The position numbers and the translations under genes were made by a program. The notes below the pieces were generated by a model. It was not told where the DNA came from. It did no database searches and worked only from the letters and a program-made list of their open reading frames with translations. Source: Planctomycetota bacterium (lineage in GTDB: Bacteria; Planctomycetota; B15-G4; SIAN01). Taken from it: DNA of 64,000 nucleotides. The stretch covers positions 1 through 64,000 of the forward strand of contig JANNXA010000037.1 of assembly GCA_031409275.1 (NCBI GenBank). Direction: 5' to 3'. This document shows positions 9,850 through 19,848 of the stretch, in pieces (within the stretch, counting starts at the first letter, position 1; every line of letters begins with the position of its first letter).

Positions 9850-10352
9850 ACAGCGCCCCCCACCATCCGCTCCAGCCGACGGTCGATCTGGTGCGCGCGA
9901 CGATTCGGGCCGCGGCGCCTGGAATCGCCGAGGGCGTCAAGTGGAACGGGCCGAGCTTCTTCGTGAAGAGCTCGCGGCTGTTCTTCGCGACCGTGAACGT
10001 CCATCGCAACGCCAAGCAGCCGGAGCACGTGCTGGTGGTGCTCCATCAGGGCGTGAAGGTCACTCGCGCGAGCACGGAGGGCATCGCCATCCGCGATCCG
10101 GAGGGGCTGCTCGAGTGGCCGGCGAAGGATCGAGCGGTGGTGCGTTTCGCCGATCTGGCGGACGCCAAGGCGAAGCGTGCAGCATTCGCGGCGGTCGTGC
10201 GGGAGTGGGTGGGGCGGCTCGGCAGTCGCGGCGCCGTCCGTGACGGTGACGGTGACGACGCGTCCGGTGGCACCCGAGCCGGAGCGATCACTTCGCCGCG
10301 TCGGACTCCCCGAGGCGGGGGAAGTGAGGGACGTGCGCGGCCCCGGCCGTGA
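9846..10352 (+). CDS. DUF1801 (YdhG-like) protein
   Basis: VRATIRAAAPGIAEGVKWNGPSF; DPEGLLEW; ATGA overlap with upstream gene. Confidence 0.8.
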   Translation: MNSAPHHPLQPTVDLVRATIRAAAPGIAEGVKWNGPSFFVKSSRLFFATVNVHRNAKQPEHVLVVLHQGVKVTRASTEGIAIRDPEGLLEWPAKDRAVVRFADLADAKAKRAAFAAVVREWVGRLGSRGAVRDGDGDDASGGTRAGAITSPRRTPRGGGSEGRARPRP

Positions 10353-10917
10353 GCTCGCCGGTCAGCCCGCCCGACATCAGGAAGGTCATGAACTTGCCGC
10401 TGTCGATGGGCAGTGCTCGGACCTGCTCCTTCGGGACGATGATCAGGTTGCCGGCGAAGTTGAGCGACTGCTGGAGCAGCACGGCGACCTCGCCCGGCAG
10501 GCCGATCTGCGAGAGGTCGTCACGCGTGACGAAGCCGAGCATCTTGGCGCTGCCGCCCGGGAAGAGGGTGACCACGACGGGGCGGTCGAACGTCTTCTTC
10601 TCGCCGCCGACGGCCTGCAGGATGTCCTTCACCGTCCCGTAGATCGTGTTCACCAGCGGGATCTGCGACAGCAGCCAGTCGGTGATCTTTTCGAGCCAGC
10701 GCCCGAACAAGTGGGAGGCGAACCAGCCGGCCGCGATCATCGCAACGACGGCCAGCGCGAAGCCAAGCCCGGGCGTGTGGAGCGGGAAGAGGTGGTCGAC
10801 CCGGTCGAACACGAGGCCGTCGACCCACTTGAAGAACTCGGTCAGCAGCCACAGCGTCGTCACGATCGGCAGCACGACCACCGTGCCACGCACGAGGTAG
10901 TGCGCGAGCTTCTTCAT
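10288..10917 (-). CDS. DUF502 membrane protein
   Basis: Two TM segments, LLSQIPLVNTIYGTVKD, LGFVT; GGAG RBS. Confidence 0.85.
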   Translation of the reverse strand: MKKLAHYLVRGTVVVLPIVTTLWLLTEFFKWVDGLVFDRVDHLFPLHTPGLGFALAVVAMIAAGWFASHLFGRWLEKITDWLLSQIPLVNTIYGTVKDILQAVGGEKKTFDRPVVVTLFPGGSAKMLGFVTRDDLSQIGLPGEVAVLLQQSLNFAGNLIIVPKEQVRALPIDSGKFMTFLMSGGLTGELTAGAAHVPHFPRLGESDAAK

Positions 10918-10981
10918 CCGACTCTCCAGGTTGACCGCGCGGCCGGACGTTGCCCAAGATGCCGCGTCACGGAGACGCAGC

Positions 10982-11962
10982 ATGGCAAGAGCACGGGTGA
11001 ATGCATCGAGGTGGCGGGAACGCAGCGGCAGGGTGGCGGCGATCGTGCTGCTGCTGGCGGCCGTGAGTTGCCGCCTGCTGGAGCCGCCGCCGCCGAGCGA
11101 GCCGCTCCCCGAGCAGCGCGTCGAGCTGCGCATCGCCGCTGGCCTGCCGCTGGTGGAGGGACGCCTCCCCGGCGACGTCCGCGCCTGGTTCCTGATCGAC
11201 ACCGGCGCGGGTGACTTCACCCTCTTCGACCAGCAGTTGTCGAGTGCGCTCGGCTTGAAGCACGAGCTGATCCGTGATCCGCTCATGCCGTCGATCCACT
11301 TCTCGACTCGCGTCCCATTCCTCGAAGTCGACGGGATGGGGCGGCGCGATTTCACCGCCTATGTCGCTGAAGGCCTTTCGGAGCGCCCGGAGCTCTCGGG
11401 GCTTGGGGTGGTGGTTCATGGCGTGCTCGGCACCGGTTGGTTTCGCGGCAAGTGCCTCTGGTTCGACTGGAACAAGCGCGAGTTCACGGCCGAGCGCGCG
11501 CGCGTTCGTTTGGCGCGCCACATCGCATTGCCGCTGCGCTTCGGGGTCGGGGGCGATCTGCACCTCACCGTGCGGCTGAATGGCATCGCCTGCGAAGCGC
11601 TGCTCGACACCGGCTCGGCGGAGACGCTGGTGACGCGCGAGCTCGCCGATCGGCTCGCGATCCGCTACGACGCCGCCAAGCTCGCGCTGCATCGACCGAC
11701 CGCCGTGGGCGACGGCGCGGTCCGCGATGGCGTGCTCGACCGCTTCGCGCTTGGCACGGCCGAGCTGAACGACCTGCCGGTGATGGTGGTCGAGCGTCGC
11801 ATCCCCAACGCCGACCTGGTGGTGGGGACCGATGTCCTCTCCCACTACGGCGTCATCCTCGATCTGGGTGATCCCGCCTACCTCGTCCTCGATCCGCTCG
11901 AGGGCGCCGCAGAGCCGCAAGCGCGCGCGCCGCTGCCATCGGCCCCGGGCGGAGCGCCCTGA
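10982..11962 (+). CDS. Two-domain retropepsin-like aspartyl protease, lipoprotein
   Basis: FLIDTGAG and ALLDTGSA motifs with GVLG/VVGTD; lipobox LLAAVSC. Confidence 0.8.
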   Translation: MARARVNASRWRERSGRVAAIVLLLAAVSCRLLEPPPPSEPLPEQRVELRIAAGLPLVEGRLPGDVRAWFLIDTGAGDFTLFDQQLSSALGLKHELIRDPLMPSIHFSTRVPFLEVDGMGRRDFTAYVAEGLSERPELSGLGVVVHGVLGTGWFRGKCLWFDWNKREFTAERARVRLARHIALPLRFGVGGDLHLTVRLNGIACEALLDTGSAETLVTRELADRLAIRYDAAKLALHRPTAVGDGAVRDGVLDRFALGTAELNDLPVMVVERRIPNADLVVGTDVLSHYGVILDLGDPAYLVLDPLEGAAEPQARAPLPSAPGGAP

Positions 11963-12056
11963 CCCCAGCGGAAGGCTTGAACTTCGGAACGACGAAGGGC
12001 CGATCTCCGTCGAAGCGCTGCCCCGCGCCCGCCGCGCCGTTGGAGAGTTGCTCGCC

Positions 12057-14090
12057 GTGACATCGTCCTCGTTGCCGTTGCGTGCGCGCTGCTCCTGGCT
12101 CGCGGCGCCGTTGGCCGCATGCCTGGCGCTCGCGGGCATGGTGGCGTGGCGGACGCGCGGCGCCGAGGCGCATGCCGCGGCCCCGGCGCGCTCCGAGTCA
12201 GCGAAGAGCCTGCTGCTTTTCACCTGGGATACGACGCGCGCCGATCGTGTCGGCGCCTACGGCTGGAGCCGCGCGACAACGCCCGGCTTCGACGCGCTGG
12301 CGGCGCGCGGCCTCCTCTACGAGCGTGCGTATGCAGCGGCGCCGGTCACTCTCCCCTCCCACACGACGATCCTCACGGGCGTCTACCCGTGCGCTCACGG
12401 TGTCCGCGACAACGCGATCTTCGAGGTGGGCGGCGAAGCGCGCCTGCTCTCGGAAGCGCTGCACGACGCGGGCTTCGCGACCGGCGCGTTCGTCGCGAGC
12501 TTCATCCTCGATGCCAAGTTCGGTCTCGCGCAGGGCTTCGATGTCTACGAAGCGCCATCGCCCGGCGAGCTCGGGCTGGGCTGGAACGTGATCGAACGCA
12601 GCGCGCCGCAGGTCACCGAAGGGGCGCTGCGCTTCATCGACCGGTTGAAGCCGGGCGAGCGCTTCTTCCTGTGGGTGCACTACTACGACCCGCACGCGCC
12701 GCACGAGTCGCCGGCCAGCGAGCGGACCGGCGAACAAGACGACTACGACGGCGAGATCGCCCGCTGCGATGCGCAGGCGCGCCGCATCCTCGAGCGGCTG
12801 GCCGCGCGCGGACTCGACGAGGGGCTGCTCACCGTCATCACCGCCGACCACGGCGAATCGCAAGGCGACCACGGCGAGCAGACGCACGGCAACTTCGTCT
12901 ACGACGCGACCATGCGCGTTCCGCTCGCGCTGGCGCCGCCGCCGCCAGGGGTCGCGCCCGGCACTCGCATCACGGCGCCGGTCTCGACCGCCGATGTTGC
13001 CGCCACGGTGCTGGAGCGGTTGGGGGTCGGGCGCGGCGCGCTGCCGGCCGCGCGCACGCCGACCCTGCTGACCGTGACACCGATCGACGACGAGCGAGCG
13101 GTCTACCTCGAGGCGTTCACGCCGTTCTATTCGCATCGCTGGCACCCGCTGCGCGCGCTGGTGTGGAAGGGCTTCAAGTACATCGAAGCGCCGCGTCCCG
13201 AGCTCTACGTGGTTGGATCGCCCGAGACCGAGGATCGTTGCGCGATCGAGCCGAAGGTGGCGGCGGCACTCGCCGCGCGGCTCGAGGCGCTCGCCGCGGA
13301 GCACGCGCCGCTGGGATGGCACGAACAGGGCAGCCTCTCGAGCGAGGACACCGCGAAGCTCGAGCAGCTCGGCTACGTCGGAGCGGCCAGCGATGGCGAT
13401 TTCAGCGACCCGAGCCTGCCCGACCCGAAGGATCGCATCGGCGACATCGAGCGCCTCGATCGCGTCGAGTTCCTGCTCTTCGAAGCCAAGCGATTGCTGA
13501 AGCTCGACGTGCTGCTGCGGACCGGTCGTCGACCGCCGGTGCCCGCCGCGGACGCGACTCAGGCCGACGCGCATCTCGCCACGGCGCGCGCCGAGATCGC
13601 CTCGATTCGCGCCGAGAACCAGAACGATCTCTTCCTCGACCAGATCGAGGCGACGATCGAGATGAACGTGCAGAACTACTCGGCCGCGATTCCGCTGCTC
13701 GAGCGTGCGCTGCTGCGATCGCCGCGCCATATGCCGCTGCGCTACAATCTCGCCGTCGCCTATTACAAGACGCAACTCCATGCGCTCGGCGTGCGCGAGA
13801 TGGAGAAGGCGCTCTTCGTCGAGCCGCGCTCGCTGCAGGCTCACCGCTGGCTGGCCCAGGTATGCGTGACCTTGAAGGATTGGCCGGCCGCAGCATGGTG
13901 GCTCGACGAGATGGAGAAGCTGCCGGGGCAGAGCGTGGGCGACCACGATGGCATCAGCAAGGCACGCGCGCGGGTCGGGTTGGAACTGACCCGGAGCGGC
14001 GGCGCACCGCGGCCGCCGCGCCCGGTCGCGGAAGACGAGCTGATGCCGGAGCGGTTGCGCGAAGCGGCACCTGCGGAAGGAGAGCGATGA
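12057..14090 (+). CDS. Sulfatase-like hydrolase/transferase with TPRs
   Basis: WDTTRADR, APVTLPSH, HYYDPH, ADHGE, LEQLGY; start estimated. Confidence 0.85.
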   Translation: MTSSSLPLRARCSWLAAPLAACLALAGMVAWRTRGAEAHAAAPARSESAKSLLLFTWDTTRADRVGAYGWSRATTPGFDALAARGLLYERAYAAAPVTLPSHTTILTGVYPCAHGVRDNAIFEVGGEARLLSEALHDAGFATGAFVASFILDAKFGLAQGFDVYEAPSPGELGLGWNVIERSAPQVTEGALRFIDRLKPGERFFLWVHYYDPHAPHESPASERTGEQDDYDGEIARCDAQARRILERLAARGLDEGLLTVITADHGESQGDHGEQTHGNFVYDATMRVPLALAPPPPGVAPGTRITAPVSTADVAATVLERLGVGRGALPAARTPTLLTVTPIDDERAVYLEAFTPFYSHRWHPLRALVWKGFKYIEAPRPELYVVGSPETEDRCAIEPKVAAALAARLEALAAEHAPLGWHEQGSLSSEDTAKLEQLGYVGAASDGDFSDPSLPDPKDRIGDIERLDRVEFLLFEAKRLLKLDVLLRTGRRPPVPAADATQADAHLATARAEIASIRAENQNDLFLDQIEATIEMNVQNYSAAIPLLERALLRSPRHMPLRYNLAVAYYKTQLHALGVREMEKALFVEPRSLQAHRWLAQVCVTLKDWPAAAWWLDEMEKLPGQSVGDHDGISKARARVGLELTRSGGAPRPPRPVAEDELMPERLREAAPAEGER

Positions 14091-16117
14091 GGATCTCGTT
14101 GGCACCGGGAGTCGTGCGGTGCGTCGCCGCGCTCCTGCTCTGCGGGCTGACCGGCTGCGGCGACGAGGTCGTCGCGGGCGGTCATGCCCAAGTGGTCGCG
14201 CCGACGTGGCGCTTTGCCGCCGAGCCGGCGAAGAGTCTCGTGCTCGTCACGCTCGATACGACGCGCCGCGACCGTCTCGGCTGCTACGGCTATGCCGCGG
14301 CGCGCACGCCGTTCCTCGACGGGCTCGCTCGGCAAGGAATCGTCTACGACCGCGCCTATTGCGTCGCACCGCTCACCCTGCCGTCGCACACCTCGATCCT
14401 CTCGGGCGTCTATCCGTGCGCTCACGGCGTCCGCAACAACGGCATCTTCAAGGTCAACCCGAACGCACGCCTGCTGCCCGAAGTGCTGCGCGAGTCGGGC
14501 TTCCGCACCGGCGGATTCGTCGGCACCTTCATCCTCGACTCGAAGTTCGGACTCGACCAGGGCTTCGAGGTCTACGACCAGCCCGATGCCTCGATGGTCG
14601 GCCAGTCCTGGAAGGTGATCGAGCGTCCGGCGGGCGAGGTGACCGACGCCGCGCTGCGCTTCGTCGACACCTTGAAGCCGGGCGAGCGCTTCTTCCTGTG
14701 GATCCACTACTACGACCCGCACTACCCGCATGCGCCCGATCCAGCGTTCGTCTACGAGGGCGGCGAACCCTACGACGCCGAGGTGCGCTACTGCGACGCG
14801 CAACTCGAGCGGCTCACGACGCGGCTCGAGGAGCGCGGACTCACCGACGGGATGATGATGGCCGTCACCGCCGACCACGGGGAGTCGTTCGGCGCACACG
14901 GCGAGCACTCGCACGGGAACTTCATCTACGAGCCCACGATGCGCGTGCCGTTGATCCTCGTGCCGCCGCCGCAAGGCGTCGCGCCGGGATCGCGCAGCGA
15001 CGCGCTCGTCTCCAATGTCGATCTCGCGGCGACGCTGCTCGATCGTCTCGGGATCGGCCGCGCGGCACTTCCCGATGCGCGCACGCCGCCGCTCCCGAAC
15101 GACCATGGCGACGAGGATCGCGCCATCTACCTCGAGAGCCTCACCCCCTTCTACGACCACAACTGGCATCCGCTGCGCGGCGTGGTGTGGAAGGGGATGA
15201 AGTACCTCGAGACGCGCCGCCCCGAGCTCTACTCGCTGGCCGAAGATCCGGGCGAGCTGAACGATTTGATTGCGGTGCGCACCGAGGTCGCGGCGGCGTT
15301 GGCCCAGCGGCTCGCAGCGCTCATTGCGGAGCATCCGGCGCTGCCGTGGGAGGACGCGGGAGTCCTCTCCGCCGAGGACGAGGCCAAGATCGTGGCGCTC
15401 GGCTACACCCACGCTTCGCCCGGCGGGGACCCGTGGGATCCGACCTTGCCCGACCCGAAGGATCGCATCGGCGATCTCGGCGTCATCGATTCGGTGATGG
15501 CGATGGTGCGTGACGGTGCCGGGCTGCTCGACATCGACGGCGCCAAGCGAACGGGTGCGTCGGGCGAGTGGGTGGCGCAGCGCAAAGAGCAGGGCCTGAA
15601 GCTCATGGATCAGGCGCGGGTGAAGCTGCTCGAGTTGCGCGAGCGCAATCCGGGCGACCCTCACGTCGACGTGATGCTCGGGTCGGCGCTGATGGGGCTC
15701 GGGCAATGGGCCGACGCGGCGACCGTGCTGGAGCGCGTGATCACCCGCAATCCCAACAACGCTGCCAACCACTACAACCTCGCCAATTCCTATCTCTACA
15801 GCCGGCGCAAGAGCTGGGCCGTTCGCGAGATGGAGAAGTCCGCTCACCTCGATCCACGTTCTCTCGCCGCGCGACGATGGCTGGTCGAGTACTGGATGGG
15901 GCAACGAGACTGGCCGTCGGCGGCATGGTGGCTCGATGAGCTCGCGAGCTGCGCCGGACAGAACGAGGCGGACCTGGCCGAGGTGCAAAAGACGCGCGGC
16001 GACGTCCAGAAGCAGCTCGATCTGCTGAATTCGAAGCCGCGCGCGCCGAAGCCGGTCACCGATGCCGACCTGCCTCCGGAAGGCGTGCTCGCGCGCAACG
16101 CCGAGAAGGGGAAGTGA
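14087..16117 (+). CDS. Sulfatase-like hydrolase/transferase with TPRs, lipoprotein
   Basis: Lipobox GLTGC; LDTTRRDR, APLTLPSH, HYYDPH, ADHGE; ATGA overlap. Confidence 0.85.
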   Translation: MRISLAPGVVRCVAALLLCGLTGCGDEVVAGGHAQVVAPTWRFAAEPAKSLVLVTLDTTRRDRLGCYGYAAARTPFLDGLARQGIVYDRAYCVAPLTLPSHTSILSGVYPCAHGVRNNGIFKVNPNARLLPEVLRESGFRTGGFVGTFILDSKFGLDQGFEVYDQPDASMVGQSWKVIERPAGEVTDAALRFVDTLKPGERFFLWIHYYDPHYPHAPDPAFVYEGGEPYDAEVRYCDAQLERLTTRLEERGLTDGMMMAVTADHGESFGAHGEHSHGNFIYEPTMRVPLILVPPPQGVAPGSRSDALVSNVDLAATLLDRLGIGRAALPDARTPPLPNDHGDEDRAIYLESLTPFYDHNWHPLRGVVWKGMKYLETRRPELYSLAEDPGELNDLIAVRTEVAAALAQRLAALIAEHPALPWEDAGVLSAEDEAKIVALGYTHASPGGDPWDPTLPDPKDRIGDLGVIDSVMAMVRDGAGLLDIDGAKRTGASGEWVAQRKEQGLKLMDQARVKLLELRERNPGDPHVDVMLGSALMGLGQWADAATVLERVITRNPNNAANHYNLANSYLYSRRKSWAVREMEKSAHLDPRSLAARRWLVEYWMGQRDWPSAAWWLDELASCAGQNEADLAEVQKTRGDVQKQLDLLNSKPRAPKPVTDADLPPEGVLARNAEKGK

Positions 16118-18111
16118 TGGCGCCTCGGTCGCTCGCGGCGTTCGCGTTCGGGTCGGCGCTCGCCGCGTCGATCGCGGCCGGGGCCATGGCGTTCCCGAAC
16201 GGCGCGCTGCGCGCCGCTGCACGGTCGCCGGAGCGCAAGCCCGACGTGCTGCTCGTCACGCTCGATACCACGCGCGCCGATCGGCTGGGCTGTTACGGCC
16301 ATGCGGCGGCGCGCACGCCGTTCCTCGATGCGCTCGCCAGCGAGGGAACTCGCTTCACCCATGCGTGGTGCGCGGCGCCGATCACGTTGCCCTCGCACGC
16401 GACGATGCTCACGGCGCGCCCGCCGGTGGGCCACGGCGCGCGCGACAACGGCTTCTATCAGCTCGACGAGGCGGCGATCACGCTCCCCGAGGTGCTGAGC
16501 ACACAGGGGTTTCGTACCGGCGCCTTCGTCGCGAGCTTCGTGCTCGACGCTCGTTTCGGCCTTGCGCAGGGCTTCTCGATCTACGACGCGCCCGGTGCTA
16601 CGGCGCTGGGTTCCGTGCAGAAGGTGATCCAGCGTCCGGCCTCCGAAGTGGTCGACGCCGCGCTCGCCTGGATCGCGACCGTGCCGGCCGACGCCCCCTT
16701 CTTCGTCTGGCTGCACTTCTACGAGCCGCACGCGCCCTACACGCCGAACTCCCCTGCGGCCGCGGGGATGACCGATGCGTACGACGGCGAGATCGCCATC
16801 TGCGACGCGCAGCTCGCGCGCTTCCACGCCGAGCTCGCGAAGCTGGCACGCGGCGCCCCGTTGCTCGAGTGGGTGACGGCCGACCACGGCGAGTCGCTCG
16901 GCGCGCACGACGAGGCGACTCACGGCCTGCTGCTGCATGACGCGACGATGCGCGTGCCGTTGCTGGCGCGCGGACCGGGCGTCGCGCGCGGCGCGGTGCG
17001 CGAGGAGCCGGTCGGCAATGGAGCGATCGCGCCGACGTTGCTGGCGCAGCTCGGGCTCGCCGGCACGCTGCTGCCCGACGCGGCCTACGCGCCGCTCTCC
17101 GTCGCGGCGGACGCGGAGCCGTCGACGATCGAGCCGTCGGCGTTGCTGCTCGAGACGTGGATGCCGCTCCATCTGCACGGATGGGAACCGCTGCGCGGCC
17201 TCGTTCTGGGGAATCGCAAGCTGGTGAGCGGCCGCTTCGACGCGCTGTACGACCTCGCCGCTGATCCCGCCGAAGCGCACGACCTCGCTCCCGAGCGGCC
17301 TGAGGAGGCGGCACGTTGGCGCGAGCGGCTCGAGGCGGAGTTCACGCGCCTCGCCGGAGCGCCCGCGACCGAGCGGGTGGTCGACGCCGCGGAGCAGGCC
17401 GCGCTGGCGGCGATCGGTTACGTCCACGTCAGCGCCGCCGCCACGTCGGATGGCGAGCGGATCGATCCGCGGGTCGCGATCGCCGACGAAGCGGAACAGC
17501 AGGCGGCGAAGGCCAAGTTCGAGCAGGCGCGCAAGATCCTCGGCCAGGACGCGATGCTGCAGGGCGCCCGTCCGCCGCCGCCCGACGAGCGCAAGAAGAA
17601 GCGCGCCATGAAACTCCTCGAAGAGGCGCGCGCGACGCTCGCCCGGCTCGAAGAGCGCCATCCCGACGATCCGTCGGTCGCCTTCGACCTCGGCAACGTC
17701 CTGTTGTCGATGAACGAGCCGGCGGCCGCGATCCCGCGCTTCGAACTCGCGGTGGTCCTCGATCCGAAGAGCCCGCAGCGACACTACAACCTCGCGATCT
17801 CCTACTCCGGCGCGGGCCATCCCGTCGCCGCGATCCGCCAGATGGAGAAGGCGATCCACCTCGAGCCGCGCCTGGTCGGCGCCTATCGCTGGCTGGTGAA
17901 GGCGCACGAGTCGCGCAACGAGCTCGGCCGCGCGACGTGGTGGGCCGACAAGCTCGCCGCTCAGCGGCTGGTGGAGGGGCAGGAACTGATCGCGCTCACC
18001 CGCTCTCGCGCGGCGCTCTACGATCGCATGGAGAAGTCGGGGCAGCGCGTGCAGCCATCGGCGACGTTTCCGCCGAAGGACCTCGACCCGGTCGGCGTCG
18101 ACGCGCGCTGA
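16114..18111 (+). CDS. Sulfatase-like hydrolase/transferase with TPRs
   Basis: LDTTRADR, APITLPSH, HFYEPH, ADHGE; TPR-like C-terminus. Confidence 0.85.
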   Translation: MMAPRSLAAFAFGSALAASIAAGAMAFPNGALRAAARSPERKPDVLLVTLDTTRADRLGCYGHAAARTPFLDALASEGTRFTHAWCAAPITLPSHATMLTARPPVGHGARDNGFYQLDEAAITLPEVLSTQGFRTGAFVASFVLDARFGLAQGFSIYDAPGATALGSVQKVIQRPASEVVDAALAWIATVPADAPFFVWLHFYEPHAPYTPNSPAAAGMTDAYDGEIAICDAQLARFHAELAKLARGAPLLEWVTADHGESLGAHDEATHGLLLHDATMRVPLLARGPGVARGAVREEPVGNGAIAPTLLAQLGLAGTLLPDAAYAPLSVAADAEPSTIEPSALLLETWMPLHLHGWEPLRGLVLGNRKLVSGRFDALYDLAADPAEAHDLAPERPEEAARWRERLEAEFTRLAGAPATERVVDAAEQAALAAIGYVHVSAAATSDGERIDPRVAIADEAEQQAAKAKFEQARKILGQDAMLQGARPPPPDERKKKRAMKLLEEARATLARLEERHPDDPSVAFDLGNVLLSMNEPAAAIPRFELAVVLDPKSPQRHYNLAISYSGAGHPVAAIRQMEKAIHLEPRLVGAYRWLVKAHESRNELGRATWWADKLAAQRLVEGQELIALTRSRAALYDRMEKSGQRVQPSATFPPKDLDPVGVDAR

Positions 18112-18132
18112 AACGTCTCGCGCAGGCGCTCA

Positions 18133-18290
18133 GAGCGCCTAACAGAACGGACGCGTCGCGCCGAGACCGAGCGAGGCCGTCCAGGGCGAGGAGACCGAAG
18201 CAGGCGACTCTGAAGAGTCGCCGATGGCGGTCGACGAAGTCATGGGTGGCCGCAGCCGGTCGAACGCAGCGGACATTCTGTTAGGCGCTC
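18133..18290. mobile_element. 158-bp MITE (family B), IS5/IS1031-like ends
   Basis: Perfect 15-bp TIRs GAGCGCCTAACAGAA (18133-18147) / TTCTGTTAGGCGCTC (18276-18290); TCA on both flanks (18130-18132, 18291-18293). Confidence 0.8.
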
Positions 18291-19658
18291 TCAGTTCGTG
18301 GCGATCAGCTCGTCGAGCCAGAGCGAGCGACAGCGACCCGCGGTGGCGCTGATCGTATGGCCATCGGCTCGTTGCGAAACGCCGAGCAGCAGCGCGCCGG
18401 TTGCCGGCCGCCAGACCAGCGCGTGCAGCGTGACGATGCCGCGGTCCTGGGCGACATGGGTCAGCCCTTCCCACGCCTCGCGGGCGTTGATGCGGTGATC
18501 CCCGTCGGCGAGGCACGCCTTCGCCGCGTCCTCGAGCGCACAGAGGCGGATCTTCGAATCGGGGATCGCGGCGAACGCGGCGGGGCGCGCGCTGAAGTGG
18601 TTGGTGGTGTGCACGATGGGCGCCGCGCCACCCGCCACGTCGGGCAGCGGCTGTTCGACGACGTCGAGGGGATCGATCTCGAAGACCGTGGTCGGTGGCG
18701 CGTCGAGCCCGGGCGTCGTCACGCGGAAGAGGAACGAGTTGCGGATGCGGGCGCCGGCCAGCAGCTCGCGCGCGCGCGGCGCGGCGCTGACAGGCGTGCA
18801 GCTCTCCACGAGTTCGCGCGCGATGGCCAGCAGCGGGCGCGTCCTGCCCGTCTCGCCGCCGCCGAACGCGCCGTTGCCGACGTGCAGGAACGCGCCGACT
18901 CCACGCGCGCTGATGCCGCTGGTGACGCCGATCAAGCCGGGGAAAGCGAAGCTCACGAACGGGATCGCATCGGCGGGCTCGAACGCCAGGACGACGTTCA
19001 GGCGAGCAATCGCCTGCTGCGGCTGGTCGACGTCGAAGTCGAAGTTCCGCGAAACGAGCACGCCGCCGTCGTCGGTGGCGCTGCCCCACGCCGTGAAGCC
19101 CGAGCAGCCGAACAGCCCCCAATGGTCGATCGTGTTGAGTGCCACGAGGTCGGCGCGCTCGAGCGGTCGCTTGAGCAGGGGCAGCGTCAGGTCGATGCCG
19201 CTCGCCGCCATCCCCGCGACGATCCCGTCCAGTTCTTCGAGGAAGCGCGCGGGCAGGTCGATCTCGTTGTCGAGCCGTTTCTGGATCTGCGCATAGCGCG
19301 CCTTGATCCCGTGGCAGCGATAGCCGAGGACGAACTGCTCGAAGCCTTCCTTGATCTCGGCCGCCAGCGCCTTGCCGTGCTGGAACCCCATTTCATGGGG
19401 CGTGCCCGCCATGCGCAGCACCCGCAGCCCGTCGAGGTCGGTGACGACGCCGATGGGGGACGGCGCGCGATGCGGCGCGACGGCAGGCGGCACGACCGGC
19501 AGGCCGCGGGTCGGGGCCACGTCGGCGACGCGATCGCGGTCGACCGTCGGTTCGAGAGCGACGCTGCAGGCGCCGGCGAGCAGCAGCAGCGCGACGAGCC
19601 AGCCTGGCCGAGCGTGCTTCGAGGTCGGCTGCCGTTCCGCTGCGATCCGTTTCGCCAT
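18291..19658 (-). CDS. C45-family autoproteolytic Ntn hydrolase/acyltransferase, probable lipoprotein
   Basis: GTPHEMGFQHG, G-CSGF cleavage/nucleophile site, SRNFD, HTTNHF; lipobox LAGAC. Confidence 0.8.
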   Translation of the reverse strand: MAKRIAAERQPTSKHARPGWLVALLLLAGACSVALEPTVDRDRVADVAPTRGLPVVPPAVAPHRAPSPIGVVTDLDGLRVLRMAGTPHEMGFQHGKALAAEIKEGFEQFVLGYRCHGIKARYAQIQKRLDNEIDLPARFLEELDGIVAGMAASGIDLTLPLLKRPLERADLVALNTIDHWGLFGCSGFTAWGSATDDGGVLVSRNFDFDVDQPQQAIARLNVVLAFEPADAIPFVSFAFPGLIGVTSGISARGVGAFLHVGNGAFGGGETGRTRPLLAIARELVESCTPVSAAPRARELLAGARIRNSFLFRVTTPGLDAPPTTVFEIDPLDVVEQPLPDVAGGAAPIVHTTNHFSARPAAFAAIPDSKIRLCALEDAAKACLADGDHRINAREAWEGLTHVAQDRGIVTLHALVWRPATGALLLGVSQRADGHTISATAGRCRSLWLDELIATN

Positions 19659-19848
19659 TGCGCATCTCCGCCGCCGGCACGCTTCGTCGCGCTGGCGCCA
19701 ACCGATCGTATCGGCAGCGAAGGAGGCTGGACCGTGACTGAGCTGCGCGCGCCGCGATCCCGGTGCGCGCCGCAGCGCCTCGCGACCGGGCTCACTAGAG
19801 TCCGCGTCGGCGTGGAATCGGCTCACCAGGCGAGCGCGGAGAGCGGGG

